Source of the DNA: an uncultured Candidatus Saccharibacteria bacterium | GTDB taxonomy: Bacteria; Patescibacteriota; Minisyncoccia; Phycocordibacterales; UBA9973 | Assembly: GCA_964354985.1 (NCBI GenBank) | Contig: CAYHBR010000004.1 | Coordinates: 1 to 63,293, forward strand | Direction of reading: 5' to 3' | Length of the DNA stretch: 63,293 nt | Shown here: positions 1 through 9,837 of the stretch, in pieces | How positions within the stretch are numbered: position 1 is the stretch's first letter | How the letters are laid out: every line of letters begins with the position of its first letter | Notes under the pieces: model-generated | Databases searched by the model: none | The model's input: the letters and a program-made list of their open reading frames with translations, nothing else | What the model was told of the DNA's origin: nothing | Program-made: the position numbers and the translations under genes

Positions 1-421
1 TACCCGCAGCTGGATTGTCAGTTGAAAGCATAGCTGTTACTGGACCAGTCTGGCCAATAACTGGGACAACTGGAGTTCCTGTTGTTCCGCAACCATTTGC
101 GTTCATTGCTGTTCGGCCTTTTTGACCAAAGATTCCGTCGGCTGTTAGGCCAACTTTTGTCTGCCAAGCCTTTACAGCAACTTTAGTTTTTGCACCAAAG
201 TTTGTTGTTTCGTAGCCTGTAGAACCAGCGCCACTTGCGATCATTGTATCTGTACACAAGTTAAGAGCTTTTTGGAGCTCCATAACTGCAGCACCCTTTG
301 AACCCTGTTTAAGAGTAGGAGCTGTAAATGTGTAAGCCTGTGCAGTGCCTGCGAAGGCAAATGCAAATGCTACCAAACCCAAGACCACTTTCGCGGAGTT
401 AGATTTTAGAAAATTAGACAT
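1..421 (-). CDS. secreted peptidoglycan-binding-domain protein (N-terminal part only; C-terminus runs off the window start)
   Basis: Hand translation from the ATG at 421-419 gives MSNFLKSNSAKVVLGLVAFAFAFAGTAQA/YTF, a Sec signal. It continues LKQGSKGAAVMELQKALN...FGAKTKVAVKAWQTKVGLTADGIFG, a PG_binding_1-like repeat. It is open at the window edge, so it is absent from the ORF track. Confidence 0.55.
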   Translation of the reverse strand, partial: MSNFLKSNSAKVVLGLVAFAFAFAGTAQAYTFTAPTLKQGSKGAAVMELQKALNLCTDTMIASGAGSTGYETTNFGAKTKVAVKAWQTKVGLTADGIFGQKGRTAMNANGCGTTGTPVVPVIGQTGPVTAMLSTDNPAAG

Positions 422-1036
422 AATATATTTATTAATTTTTATGCACGTTATATGAATTTCGACGTGCTCTCGAAAATTATTATTCGATAAGGAGCAAGAT
501 TCACAGTGTGCATTTCTCATGAATAATTTTTATTGAGAATTATTCAAACTCGAAACCAGAGTGCTTGGATAGTTTTACGCTATCGCATTTTGTGCGATTG
601 GCATTTGAACAATTTCAAACAAACTGATATCTGCCTTGTCGACAGGGCCGATAAGGACCGATCAAGAAAACAAAAACAAAAAGACGGACAATTCCTCGGT
701 ATCAAGTTTCGCCAGCCTATGAAATTGTCAATGATCGAACCGTTATATAACGCAAGCTTTTCGTCGGAATCCTATCTCCGAAATCAGCAAACGTTAGAAG
801 GCATATTAGCACATAACGGTGATTTCCGCCAGCTAATATGCTCATCAATTATAAGGCTATAAAACACTGATAACAAAGGATAACAAAGCGTAATCTGTGG
901 ATATGAGCCCAACAACTGGCACTCGGATGAGTACAGCAAAGATGACGATGTATTAAGGGTATGGTGACAATAGAAAACAATAAAAAACAAAATATATCTT
1001 TGTCAAATACAATACCGCCGGTGACAAATTCGTTGA

Positions 1037-1804
1037 CTAAATAATCCGATACATACTCCAGCGTCGTTCGCCTATTCTTTCTATTTTTTTACTGTCTATC
1101 AAGGACTGAAGGTCGCGCTGAATGGTCTTAAAGGACACATCTGGAAAACCGTTTTTTATGTCGGCAATTGTTTTTTGTTCTTTGTTTTTAAGGGAAATAA
1201 GTATTTTAGATTTTCGGTCTTCGCTATCTGTGGATTTGTCCTTTATAAAAGATTTCGCCCCAAATGTTGGTGCTAGTGGTTTGTTGAGGACATTTATCAA
1301 AATTGGAGTTTTTATGTCTTTTATAACTTTTGTATGTCCTTTATATTTTTCCTGTGGTGTGTCCGATACGCCGAAAGCGTTTTCTCTATCTGTCTTTAAT
1401 AGGCTCTCTATATCGATTAAACCCATTCGGCGTGACTCATAGCTACCGCCGAGTGCCATAAGCTCGAGCCTGAGCACTCTAAAATTCATCTCAGAGACAA
1501 GGAAAAGTGTCACACCGACTTCAAGAAAGGCGATGATCTTTTTTATTGTTGTATTTATTTCGGCAGTCTTTCTGTCATAACTTTCGCCCCTAGCTCCTGC
1601 TATGTCGTTTGCAACAGAAAGCAAAGCAAGACTCGACTGGCGAAGCTCTTTTTGAAGTGGTTCTCCTGTGGGAAGGATATTTGAAACCATATAAATAGCA
1701 GCCACGATGTTCCCTGCTCTTTTGGCAGACTGAGCAAGGGATTTGTCCATTGTCTCTATGGCGTTTTTGTTGTCTCTTAGAAATATGTCTTTTTGGGGCT
1801 CCAT
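1037..1804 (-). CDS. hypothetical protein with C-terminal winged-helix (DeoR-like) DNA-binding domain
   Basis: 255-aa ORF with an ATG start. The C-terminus KTIADIKNGFPDVSFKTIQRDLQSLIDSKKIERIGERRWSMY looks like an HTH/wHTH. The N-terminal half is helical with no recognised family. Confidence 0.5.
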   Translation of the reverse strand: MEPQKDIFLRDNKNAIETMDKSLAQSAKRAGNIVAAIYMVSNILPTGEPLQKELRQSSLALLSVANDIAGARGESYDRKTAEINTTIKKIIAFLEVGVTLFLVSEMNFRVLRLELMALGGSYESRRMGLIDIESLLKTDRENAFGVSDTPQEKYKGHTKVIKDIKTPILINVLNKPLAPTFGAKSFIKDKSTDSEDRKSKILISLKNKEQKTIADIKNGFPDVSFKTIQRDLQSLIDSKKIERIGERRWSMYRII

Positions 1805-1850
1805 ATGTCTTTTATTATAAACATATCGGACATGTAAGCAAGTATTTTAG

Positions 1851-1968
1851 TTTACTGAGAGTAATTGTATCTCCCTCGAGACGCGAAAAAACCCTGGTGG
1901 GTTTTTCCTATGTCCGGCACCGTCGCGCCTTCCAATGTCTCTCCGTAAATACAATTACTCTCAGTAAA
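1851..1968. repeat. perfect 20-bp inverted repeat enclosing a 78-nt relatively GC-rich, internally paired core (possible small ncRNA or MITE-like element)
   Basis: tttactgagagtaattgtat (1851-1870) is the exact reverse complement of 1949-1968. The core contains gagac/gtctc pairing and the hairpin aaaaaccc-tggt-gggttttt. It lies in the divergent gap between 1804(-) and ftsK(+). Confidence 0.6.
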
Positions 1969-2016
1969 ACAATATTTATATTCCATGTTACAATGTTTAA
2001 ATATAATAAATAAAAT

Positions 2017-4218
2017 ATGAAAAAAAAGATCGAAGAGAAGGCCAAGAAGCCGAACATTAAAAAGAAAAATCAGAATTTAGACGAACCAGGATTGAAGCAA
2101 GAAACCAAACAGACTATATACGCTGTTTTGGCTTTCTTTTTTGCTTTTTTCTTTATCGTTGCCGCTTTTGGTGGCGGAGGAATAGCAGGCGTTGGTTTTT
2201 ACAAAGTTCTCTACCAACTCTTTGGTATTGGATATATTTTCTTGCCCATTAGTGCCATTCTACTTGGCCTTTCCCTTGTCGGAGAATATCGCGCAAAAGT
2301 TTCCACTCAGCACCTTGTCGCCTCTTTTCTTTTTCTTGTTTCCGGTCTATCTATAATAGACATCGCATCGACTGCTCATTCTGCCGGACTTGTAGGCAAG
2401 GCTGTCGCCTATCCTTTTGTTTTTCTTTTTGATAAGAATATTTCAATATTACTTTTCGGCACACTTATTATCATTTCACTTCTTATGCTTTTCGACAGAA
2501 AGCCCGCTCTTTTTTCTTTTGCAAAAAGACTTTGGGCTCTTATAACTGGCAAAAAAGAAATAGTTGCGGGTCCAGCCTTGTCGGCCGAAGAACAAAAGAA
2601 AATAGATGCCACAACTGCCAAAGAAGAAAAATCTATTCAAGACCAGATTACAGCGCAAAACAATGCGCAGAATAATTCAAAAGACGAATCAACAAAAAAG
2701 AAATCGGGAGACGAAGAACTCGCCGGCTTCCAGATCGCCAGTATTCGCCGAGAAAGTGCATACACTCCGCCACCTCTTTCACTTCTTGAAGGTGACCGTG
2801 GCAAGGCCAATGTTGGAGACATCAAAGGCAATGCCAATATCATCAAGCGCACTCTCGCCAACTTTGGCATTCAAGTCGAAATGGATGAAATCACTGTCGG
2901 GCCTTCTGTGACCAGATACGCGCTCAAGCCAGCCGAAGGCGTCAAGCTGGCGCGTATCGTCGGACTTCAAAACGATCTTTCACTCGCTCTCGCTGCTCAC
3001 CCGATCCGTATCGAAGCCCCAATCCCTGGCAAATCGCTCGTCGGTGTCGAAATCCCAAACAAAACCAAATCAACTGTCGGACTAGCTTCCCTGCTTGCAG
3101 ACGCCGAATACAAAAATTCCGACAAGCCACTCTTTATGGGTGTCGGTCGTGGACTTTCTGGCAAACCAAAATTCATCAACCTAGCAAAAATGCCGCACAT
3201 GCTCATCGCCGGTACAACTGGCGCTGGCAAATCTGTCACTATCCACACACTCATTACTTCACTCCTTTATCGTCTCGGACCAGAAGACTTGCGATTTATC
3301 ATGATCGATCCAAAACGCGTCGAGCTAACTTTGTATAACAAAATCCCCCACCTGCTTACTCCTGTCATTACCGACGCCAAGAAAGCCATTCTCTCACTCA
3401 AATGGGCAGCTAAAGAAATGGAACGACGCTATAACATTCTTGAAACCGAGGCCGTTCGAGATATTGATTCTTATCACAAGCTTGTTGGCAATCGAAAACC
3501 AAAAGACGGCGAGGAAATAGACCGTATGCCGTACATTGTTATAATTCTCGACGAGCTCGCCGACATCATGTCTTCTTTTCCGAGGGAGCTCGAAGCCGCA
3601 ATAGTTAGACTAGCTCAGATGTCTCGCGCAGTTGGTATTCACTTGATACTTTCTACTCAACGACCGGAAGTAAATGTCATCACTGGACTTATCAAAGCCA
3701 ATGTTCCAGCTCGTGTCGCTCTTAAAGTTTCTTCGCAAATAGATTCACGAACTATTCTCGACACTGGTGGCGCCGAAAAACTCCTCGGTGCTGGTGATAT
3801 GCTTTTCATTTCAAGTGACTCTTCGCAACCTGAGCGTATCCAATCTGCCTTTATTACTGAAGAAGAAGTCAAACGCGTCGTGTCATGGCTTGGCAAAACA
3901 TATGAAAACGAAGTCATCGGCGACATTGTTCTTACAGGAACGCCAAGTGTCGATAAATCTATTTTTGAAGCGACACTCGACTCTGACGACAACGGCGATG
4001 ATGATGAAATGTACGAAGCTGCTCGTCAGACTGTCATCGAAGCTGGTAAGGCTTCGACTTCATACCTCCAACGCAAACTCAAACTTGGTTACGCCAGAGC
4101 AGCGAGACTTATGGACATTCTTGAAGAACGCGGTGTTGTCGGGCCAGCGGATGGTGCCAAGCCTCGCGAGGTATTGGAGAAAGGTATTGCCGAAGAAAGC
4201 GCCGGTTTCGGACAATAA
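2017..4218 (+). CDS. ftsK: DNA translocase FtsK/SpoIIIE
   Basis: 733 aa with N-terminal TM helices, Walker A GTTGAGKS, IIILDELAD (Walker B) and a C-terminal gamma wHTH (STSYLQRKLKLGYARAARLMD). Confidence 0.95.
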   Translation: MKKKIEEKAKKPNIKKKNQNLDEPGLKQETKQTIYAVLAFFFAFFFIVAAFGGGGIAGVGFYKVLYQLFGIGYIFLPISAILLGLSLVGEYRAKVSTQHLVASFLFLVSGLSIIDIASTAHSAGLVGKAVAYPFVFLFDKNISILLFGTLIIISLLMLFDRKPALFSFAKRLWALITGKKEIVAGPALSAEEQKKIDATTAKEEKSIQDQITAQNNAQNNSKDESTKKKSGDEELAGFQIASIRRESAYTPPPLSLLEGDRGKANVGDIKGNANIIKRTLANFGIQVEMDEITVGPSVTRYALKPAEGVKLARIVGLQNDLSLALAAHPIRIEAPIPGKSLVGVEIPNKTKSTVGLASLLADAEYKNSDKPLFMGVGRGLSGKPKFINLAKMPHMLIAGTTGAGKSVTIHTLITSLLYRLGPEDLRFIMIDPKRVELTLYNKIPHLLTPVITDAKKAILSLKWAAKEMERRYNILETEAVRDIDSYHKLVGNRKPKDGEEIDRMPYIVIILDELADIMSSFPRELEAAIVRLAQMSRAVGIHLILSTQRPEVNVITGLIKANVPARVALKVSSQIDSRTILDTGGAEKLLGAGDMLFISSDSSQPERIQSAFITEEEVKRVVSWLGKTYENEVIGDIVLTGTPSVDKSIFEATLDSDDNGDDDEMYEAARQTVIEAGKASTSYLQRKLKLGYARAARLMDILEERGVVGPADGAKPREVLEKGIAEESAGFGQ

Positions 4219-4225
4219 CAATATA

Positions 4226-4573
4226 ATGATAGATCCCAAAGATTTCATAAAAATATCACTTCTGTCTCTCCTTTTTATTGGAATATTTGGTTATACATAT
4301 TTTCGGAGTCGAGATGCTATTTGGGGTACAACTATTACCGCTTCGGTTTCTGACGGCGCAGTCCTAAGTTCAAAATTATTAAATCTTACTGGCAATGCAC
4401 CACACACGTCGCTCTTTACGGTAAATAACAAAGAGCTCCTGCTCGATAAAAATGGTAATTTTGTCGATACATTGCTGTTACAAGACGGCTATAATATACT
4501 TACACTAGAAGCGAGCGACAAATTTGGCAGAGTGAAAAGCAAAGTTATACATCTCTTTATTAAATCTTTATAA
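4226..4573 (+). CDS. small membrane-anchored hypothetical protein
   Basis: In-frame ATG at 4226, just after the ftsK stop, inside the long ORF 3767..4573. MIDPKDFIKISLLSLLFIGIFGY is a TM anchor, followed by a beta-rich domain. Confidence 0.5.
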   Translation: MIDPKDFIKISLLSLLFIGIFGYTYFRSRDAIWGTTITASVSDGAVLSSKLLNLTGNAPHTSLFTVNNKELLLDKNGNFVDTLLLQDGYNILTLEASDKFGRVKSKVIHLFIKSL

Positions 4574-4634
4574 GAATTTCATCTCTGTGGTATAAAATAC
4601 CTGCAGAGATTTAGTAATTAATTTCCAATAATTT

Positions 4635-5693
4635 ATGGCAAAAAAAGTAAAAGAACCAAAAGCACACGGCGGAGCAGTCGAAGACGCAATCAAGTCCATC
4701 CTAACCAAATTTGGTGAAGGCTCTATTATGAAGCTCGGAGACGCACCGAAGGTCGCGATAAATGCTATCCCGACTGGCTCGATTGGTCTTGATATCGCTC
4801 TTGGTGTCGGAGGACTACCACGAGGACGCATCGTTGAAATATTTGGACCAGAGTCATCTGGAAAGACTACTCTCGCCCTGCACGTCGTCGCCGAAGCCCA
4901 AAAGCTCGGTGGTGTATGTGCCTATATAGACGCAGAACACGCAATGGATCCTGAATACGCACAAAACCTAGGCGTAAATATCGCAGAATTACTTATCTCC
5001 CAACCAGACACAGGCGAACAAGGCCTTGAAATAGTTGAGTCACTTGTCCGAACTTGTAAAATAGATGTCATCGTTATCGACTCCGTCGCCGCACTTACTC
5101 CAAAAGACGAAATCGAAGGCGATATGGGACAACAACATATGGGTAAACAAGCTCGCCTTATGTCCCAAGCTCTCCGCAAACTTACGGCTATTGTTGCCAA
5201 GTCAAACACTGTTGTTATTTTCATCAACCAGATCCGTATGCAGATCGGTGTGATGTTCGGCAACCCAGAAACCACTCCAGGAGGAAAAGCATTAAAGTTT
5301 TATACTTCTGTGCGACTCGACATACGTCGCATTGCTCAGATTAAAAAAGGTGAAGAAGTTGTTGGCTCACGCACTCGCGTCAAAGTTGTCAAAAACAAGG
5401 TTGCCGCGCCGTTTAAACAAACTGAGTTCGACATAATATACGGCGAAGGTATTTCGCTCGAAGGTGAAATAATGGCTCTTGGTGAAAAGCTCGGCATAAT
5501 CGAAAAAAGTGGTGCTTCTTACACTTACCTTCCACCAGACGAGAAAGACAAGAAAGCCGAGAAAATCCCCCTCGCTCGCGGTTATGACGCAACGCGTCAA
5601 GCACTTCGCGAAAATCCAAAACTCCGCGACCAGATTTTGAAAGTAATAAAAAAGCGAATGAAAGAAGTTGTTTCCGAGAGTAGTGGTGAATAA
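4635..5693 (+). CDS. recA: recombinase RecA
   Basis: [11 protein letters not shown], Walker [10 protein letters not shown] and IDSVAAL are textbook RecA motifs. Confidence 0.97.
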   Translation: MAKKVKEPKAHGGAVEDAIKSILTKFGEGSIMKLGDAPKVAINAIPTGSIGLDIALGVGGLPRGRIVEIFGPESSGKTTLALHVVAEAQKLGGVCAYIDAEHAMDPEYAQNLGVNIAELLISQPDTGEQGLEIVESLVRTCKIDVIVIDSVAALTPKDEIEGDMGQQHMGKQARLMSQALRKLTAIVAKSNTVVIFINQIRMQIGVMFGNPETTPGGKALKFYTSVRLDIRRIAQIKKGEEVVGSRTRVKVVKNKVAAPFKQTEFDIIYGEGISLEGEIMALGEKLGIIEKSGASYTYLPPDEKDKKAEKIPLARGYDATRQALRENPKLRDQILKVIKKRMKEVVSESSGE

Positions 5694-5719
5694 ATAAGTT
5701 TATAGTTTATAATATATTT

Positions 5720-6208
5720 ATGGACGGATTAATTATAAAAATTAGTTGGGAATATTTCCTTGGAATACTGGGTGTATTAGTTATGCTTGCATGGTATTCT
5801 GGTAGCCGATTTTCTAAAATTGAAACACTGATCGACTCTGTTAATGAAAAAGTTGGCACTTTGTGGAAAGACAGATTTGCACCGAATAGTTCTCCTAGGC
5901 AATTAAACTCAGTTGGCATTAATATACTTGATGACAGCGGTATAAAAAATATCATTGATTCAAATAAGGTAATACTACTAGAAGCAGTTAGACAAAAGAA
6001 ACCGAAAAATGCCTACGATGCAGAGCAAGAAATCTTAAAGACACTCATGGAACTGCCTGTGATTTGTCCTGAAACCGTAGACAAACTTAAAGACGGGGCT
6101 TTTAAAACTGGCTCCGACTTGGGTTCTTTGCTCTTTGTTGGAAGTATATATCTTAGGAATTTAATCTTTAAAGACCTTGGTTTCAATTTGGATGATATAG
6201 ACAAGTAA
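5720..6208 (+). CDS. hypothetical membrane-anchored protein
   Basis: 162-aa ORF with an N-terminal TM helix (FLGILGVLVMLAWY). No recognisable family. Confidence 0.45.
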   Translation: MDGLIIKISWEYFLGILGVLVMLAWYSGSRFSKIETLIDSVNEKVGTLWKDRFAPNSSPRQLNSVGINILDDSGIKNIIDSNKVILLEAVRQKKPKNAYDAEQEILKTLMELPVICPETVDKLKDGAFKTGSDLGSLLFVGSIYLRNLIFKDLGFNLDDIDK

Positions 6209-6281
6209 TATACAGGTTGATTTTTTACAGTAACTTGACTTATACTGGAATAAGATGGTATAATAAAGAAAAATATCAATT

Positions 6282-6827
6282 ATGTTATTTACAAAAATAA
6301 AAAGCGAAATGAGCCCATCGTTCATTAGAGTGTTTGGTAATTATTTTGAACACACAATCAAGCCAGACTACGGAACAATGCTCCGTATGCAAGACTATGA
6401 GACAATTTATACGAAAAACCGTAGTAGTCTCAGGTGGGAGCCGGGACGACACAAATTGTTCGAATTTGGTCCCTATTCTTATCCAAGATGTTCATGCATT
6501 ATTGATTCTTTCAAAAATCATACAGAAAGAAGGAAATACTGCATTAGTATTATAGAGAAAGAATCAGGAAATACCCCTATTCTTGAATACTCAAAGAATA
6601 AACTCTTTCACGAAAGAATTGAGGCGTCTATTAGATACTCAATGTTATTTTTAAGTGATGTTGAGAATATCAAACCACTACTTAATAAGGCATTATTAAG
6701 TTACGATATTGATAACAATGGTAGAATTGATTTCTACCAGAAAAGTAATCAGCAACGTATCATGGTCGCTGAGGCTATCAATCTTTTATCATTAGCTATC
6801 ATCGAACACGAACTTACACAGTTCTAA
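6282..6827 (+). CDS. hypothetical protein
   Basis: 181-aa ORF followed by a strong terminator. No recognisable family. Confidence 0.45.
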   Translation: MLFTKIKSEMSPSFIRVFGNYFEHTIKPDYGTMLRMQDYETIYTKNRSSLRWEPGRHKLFEFGPYSYPRCSCIIDSFKNHTERRKYCISIIEKESGNTPILEYSKNKLFHERIEASIRYSMLFLSDVENIKPLLNKALLSYDIDNNGRIDFYQKSNQQRIMVAEAINLLSLAIIEHELTQF

Positions 6828-6857
6828 TTTAGAATTTGTGTAAGTGAGATCTTCAAA

Positions 6858-6887
6858 GCCCCCGGTTTTTTTGGGGGCATTTTTATT
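6858..6887 (+). terminator. intrinsic terminator
   Basis: gccccc-ggttttttt-gggggc followed by atttttattt. Confidence 0.8.
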
Positions 6888-6965
6888 TGCCATAGTGCCC
6901 GACTTTCGCTATACTCTGCGGAGTTAGCCCACGGGCTATTTTTATTCGTAACAAGACCCAGATCT

Positions 6966-7544
6966 ATGGCATTACTTTCATACAACGAAATTAAGGAAAA
7001 AAAGATTATCCTCCACGATGGTGAACCTTGTGAAGTAGTCGACAGTCATGTCGCTCGCACCCAACAGCGCAAGCCTCAAAACCAAGTCAAACTTCGTAGC
7101 CTTATTTCAGGCAAAACTTTTGCTGCTACTTACCATGTTTCCGAACAGGCTCCTGAAGCTGACACAATGAAGCGTGATGTAAAGTTCCTATACCGAAACA
7201 AAGGCGAATTTTGGTTTTGTGATCCAACTACCCCATCAAACCGCTTTAAACTTGAAGAAAAGCTTCTCAGCGACAGTGTTCGATTTCTAAAAGAAAATGA
7301 ACTTGTTACTGCGCTCGTTTGGGACAATGATGACGAGGAGCAAATAATTAGTATAAAAATACCAGTTAAAATGACTTTTGAAGTCAAAGATGCACCACCT
7401 GCTATCAAAGGCGACACACGCACTGGCGGAAACAAACAAGTCACACTTGACAATGGTGCTGTCATCAACGTTCCACTTTTTGTTTCGACCGGTGACAAGA
7501 TTGTCGTAAATACGGAAACTGGCGAATATACTGAACGAGTCTAA
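6966..7544 (+). CDS. efp: elongation factor P
   Basis: 192 aa. YNEIKEKKIILHDGEPCEVVDSHV...KPQNQVKLRSLISGKTF has the EF-P OB-domain pattern, and the length is typical. Confidence 0.85.
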   Translation: MALLSYNEIKEKKIILHDGEPCEVVDSHVARTQQRKPQNQVKLRSLISGKTFAATYHVSEQAPEADTMKRDVKFLYRNKGEFWFCDPTTPSNRFKLEEKLLSDSVRFLKENELVTALVWDNDDEEQIISIKIPVKMTFEVKDAPPAIKGDTRTGGNKQVTLDNGAVINVPLFVSTGDKIVVNTETGEYTERV

Positions 7545-7561
7545 AATATATTGAGCATAAA

Positions 7562-7585
7562 AAACCCCCGAGAATGCGGGGGTTT
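7562..7585. terminator. bidirectional hairpin between efp and 7593..8237
   Basis: aaacccccg-agaat-gcgggggttt (6 G-C pairs extended by A-T pairs), lying between convergent genes. Confidence 0.6.
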
Positions 7586-7592
7586 AATTAAA

Positions 7593-8237
7593 CTATTCCG
7601 GAAATGGAATACTACGCAATTCGTGTGCTGTGTGAACAGCTGGATACGAAACTGCAATGAGTTGATACTTCCCTTTTCGCTTCTCTACTCTAAGCACATA
7701 AGACTTTTGACATAGGTAGTCGTGAACAACTTTATCAAAACCGACCAAGTCCATAAGTTTTGGTTTTTCTTCTTCATATGACTCAACCAAATCATATATC
7801 TTAAAAGTGCGTTGTCCTTTTTTGCTCGCCGACATTTCTTTCAAGGCAGTCATTTCGACCACTCTTTTTGCATCATACATATGTTTTGCGCGACCGATGG
7901 TGTCGGCAAGTTTTTTGTACGAGGGATTGTGTTTACCCAAATGAATGTTTCCGATCAGGGCTTTCGCTGATTGCGGACCCACTGGAAAAGCTACTTTGCA
8001 ATCTTTTTCTTTCGCATATAACTGATATTCTTTCAGTTCTCGAGTCGAAATAATTAGTTTTGCAAGATGTTCGTTTATTCTGAAAATATTACAAATACTT
8101 CCAGAAGCGATTTCGAGGCATTGCGTTTCCTGATCAATGTTCATTTCTTGCATTGTTTGCGAAATTGTTTTTGCTTCATCTTTGCCGTCAGCAAAGATAT
8201 ACCATTCGAGGTTTTCGGTGTTTATAAGATCTATCAT
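7593..8237 (-). CDS. hypothetical protein
   Basis: 214-aa ORF with an ATG start. No recognisable family. Confidence 0.45.
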   Translation of the reverse strand: MIDLINTENLEWYIFADGKDEAKTISQTMQEMNIDQETQCLEIASGSICNIFRINEHLAKLIISTRELKEYQLYAKEKDCKVAFPVGPQSAKALIGNIHLGKHNPSYKKLADTIGRAKHMYDAKRVVEMTALKEMSASKKGQRTFKIYDLVESYEEEKPKLMDLVGFDKVVHDYLCQKSYVLRVEKRKGKYQLIAVSYPAVHTAHELRSIPFPE

Positions 8238-8271
8238 TTTTTGGAGGTTTTAAGTACATTACCACAAGATG

Positions 8272-8310
8272 CAAAAAGCGCACGTTTTCGGCCTTGCCGA
8301 AAACGTGCGC
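8272..8310 (-). terminator. intrinsic terminator of the rpsF-ssb-rpsR operon
   Basis: Minus strand: GCGCACGUUUUCGG-CAAGG-CCGAAAACGUGCGC followed by UUUUU. Confidence 0.85.
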
Positions 8311-8375
8311 TTTTATTTTTCTTCACTGACGAAATTTTAAATTTCGCTAACTTTACTTACTACTACTTCTCAAAC

Positions 8376-8576
8376 CTATCTTACAATAAACGGAATAAGA
8401 CCCATAAATCGTGAACGTTTGACTGCAAGAGCAAGCTTGCGCTGGTTCTTTGAAGAAAGTCCTGAACGCTTGCGTGGAGTTATTTTTCCACTTGGGCTAA
8501 GGAACTTTTTAAGTATGTCGGTATCTTTATAGTCGACATGCTTTATATTGTTCGCTGAGAAATAATCATGCTTCAT
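8376..8576 (-). CDS. rpsR: 30S ribosomal protein S18
   Basis: 66 aa: IDYKDTDILKKFLSPSGKITPRKRSGLSSKNQRKLALAVKRSRFMGLIP. Confidence 0.92.
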   Translation of the reverse strand: MKHDYFSANNIKHVDYKDTDILKKFLSPSGKITPRKRSGLSSKNQRKLALAVKRSRFMGLIPFIVR

Positions 8577-8608
8577 ATAATAATTTGTAATAATAATAAA
8601 TTTTAACT

Positions 8609-9082
8609 TTAAAAAGGAATATCTTCGAGATTGTTATCGTCTGTTGGGTATTCGATAGTATCGAAACCTTCATCAGCTTTTGCTTCGGCTGGAGCAGGAC
8701 TTCCACCGGCGACTTCAGGTCTCTGGTATGAGCCAGTAGTTCCAGGCTTACCTGTTCCACTTGGACCAAACTGGAAATTTTCAACTACTATCTCTGTGCG
8801 ATAGTTCTTTTTACCTTCTTTGTCGTCCCAACTTCTTGTTTGAAGTCTACCTTCTACATAGAGCGATCCGCCTTTTTTCATATACTGAGCAATGAGTTCG
8901 GCAGGCTTGGCAAATGCTACGATATTGTGATATTCAGTCTGCTCCTTTTTCACTCCGTTTGCGTCCTTCCAGCTACGATTTGTAGCAAGTGCAGCCGACA
9001 TAACCTTTATGCCTGACGGCAAGCTTTTGAGCTCTGGGTCGCGAGTAAGATTTCCTATGATTTGAACTTTGTTGAGATACAT
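8609..9082 (-). CDS. ssb: single-stranded DNA-binding protein
   Basis: MYLNKVQIIGNLTRDPELK is an OB fold. It has a Gly/Pro-rich tail and the acidic tip DDNNLEDIPF. Confidence 0.93.
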   Translation of the reverse strand: MYLNKVQIIGNLTRDPELKSLPSGIKVMSAALATNRSWKDANGVKKEQTEYHNIVAFAKPAELIAQYMKKGGSLYVEGRLQTRSWDDKEGKKNYRTEIVVENFQFGPSGTGKPGTTGSYQRPEVAGGSPAPAEAKADEGFDTIEYPTDDNNLEDIPF

Positions 9083-9140
9083 ATAAGTTTTTCAAGTAAA
9101 TTTGTAATGTTTCTACCTGCCAAGGTGATACGTTCTTATA

Positions 9141-9620
9141 TTACTCTGTTACTGCAAGCTCTTCAAGTTTCTTTTCCATTTCAACCTCATCGATAGGAGT
9201 TTCTTCGGCATTTTCAACTTTTCGAGCAGGGCGCTTCATACCAGTACCGACAGCACGCTTGCTGGCGATAGTATTTTCACGAACTGTTTTGATAAGTAAG
9301 AAACGAAGAACATCTTCATCTCTTTTCAAAATTGCACTGACTTCTTCGTTTGTAGAAGGATCAGCTTCAAACTTCATCCAACCAAAATATGCTTCACTAA
9401 ACCAAGTTTTCTTGTTTCCTATTGGGCGAGACATCTCGTAACCAAGAGTGATAAGACGAGGAAATTCCTCACTGATGCTCAATGCTCCTTTGCTTTCTAA
9501 AAGCTCCTTTATAGCACCAACCTTTGTTGCTACATTTTCTTCTGGCATATTGCCAACGATAAGATATCCAAGCTCGTATATTCGAGACTGTGAATCTCCA
9601 CCTGTTTCTATTTCTTCCAT
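9141..9620 (-). CDS. rpsF: 30S ribosomal protein S6 (with C-terminal extension)
   Basis: YELGYLIV...FPRLITLGYEM...GWMKFEADPSTNEEVSAILKRDEDVLRFLLIKT matches the S6 pattern. It also sits in rpsF-ssb-rpsR synteny. Confidence 0.78.
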   Translation of the reverse strand: MEEIETGGDSQSRIYELGYLIVGNMPEENVATKVGAIKELLESKGALSISEEFPRLITLGYEMSRPIGNKKTWFSEAYFGWMKFEADPSTNEEVSAILKRDEDVLRFLLIKTVRENTIASKRAVGTGMKRPARKVENAEETPIDEVEMEKKLEELAVTE

Positions 9621-9837
9621 AGTCTAAAGCCTTCGCCGTGTATATAAAACACGACACTAAGGCATAAAATTCTTGTAAAATGCTTGATTCTGTTTTTTGG
9701 ACAAAATCAGCGTGCCCCGTTTCGGACCTAAGCGCTGGGGTTTTCAGTACCCCCGCGAACGTGACTTGGTTACTTTAAAGGAAAACTGGCAATTTGGCAA
9801 GAGCTTGTGTAATTAATTATTATGATAAAATATCGAG

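Noticed and set aside
620-700. Possible SRP (4.5S) RNA. The minus strand reads GGUCC...CAAGGCAGAU, reminiscent of E. coli 4.5S domain IV flanks.
   Set aside because: The conserved core (GGAA tetraloop, GGAAGCAGCC) is absent, and no long closing helix could be drawn. The same applies to the element at 1851-1968.
533-990. 109-aa (plus, TTG start) and 68-aa (minus) ORFs in the first long gap
   Set aside because: They have no ATG or RBS support and an odd composition, and they overlap each other. They are kept only as part of the unexplained-gap finding.
3767-4225. Upstream 153 codons of ORF 3767..4573
   Set aside because: This part overlaps the ftsK coding region out of frame. The plausible gene starts at the ATG at 4226, just after the ftsK stop.
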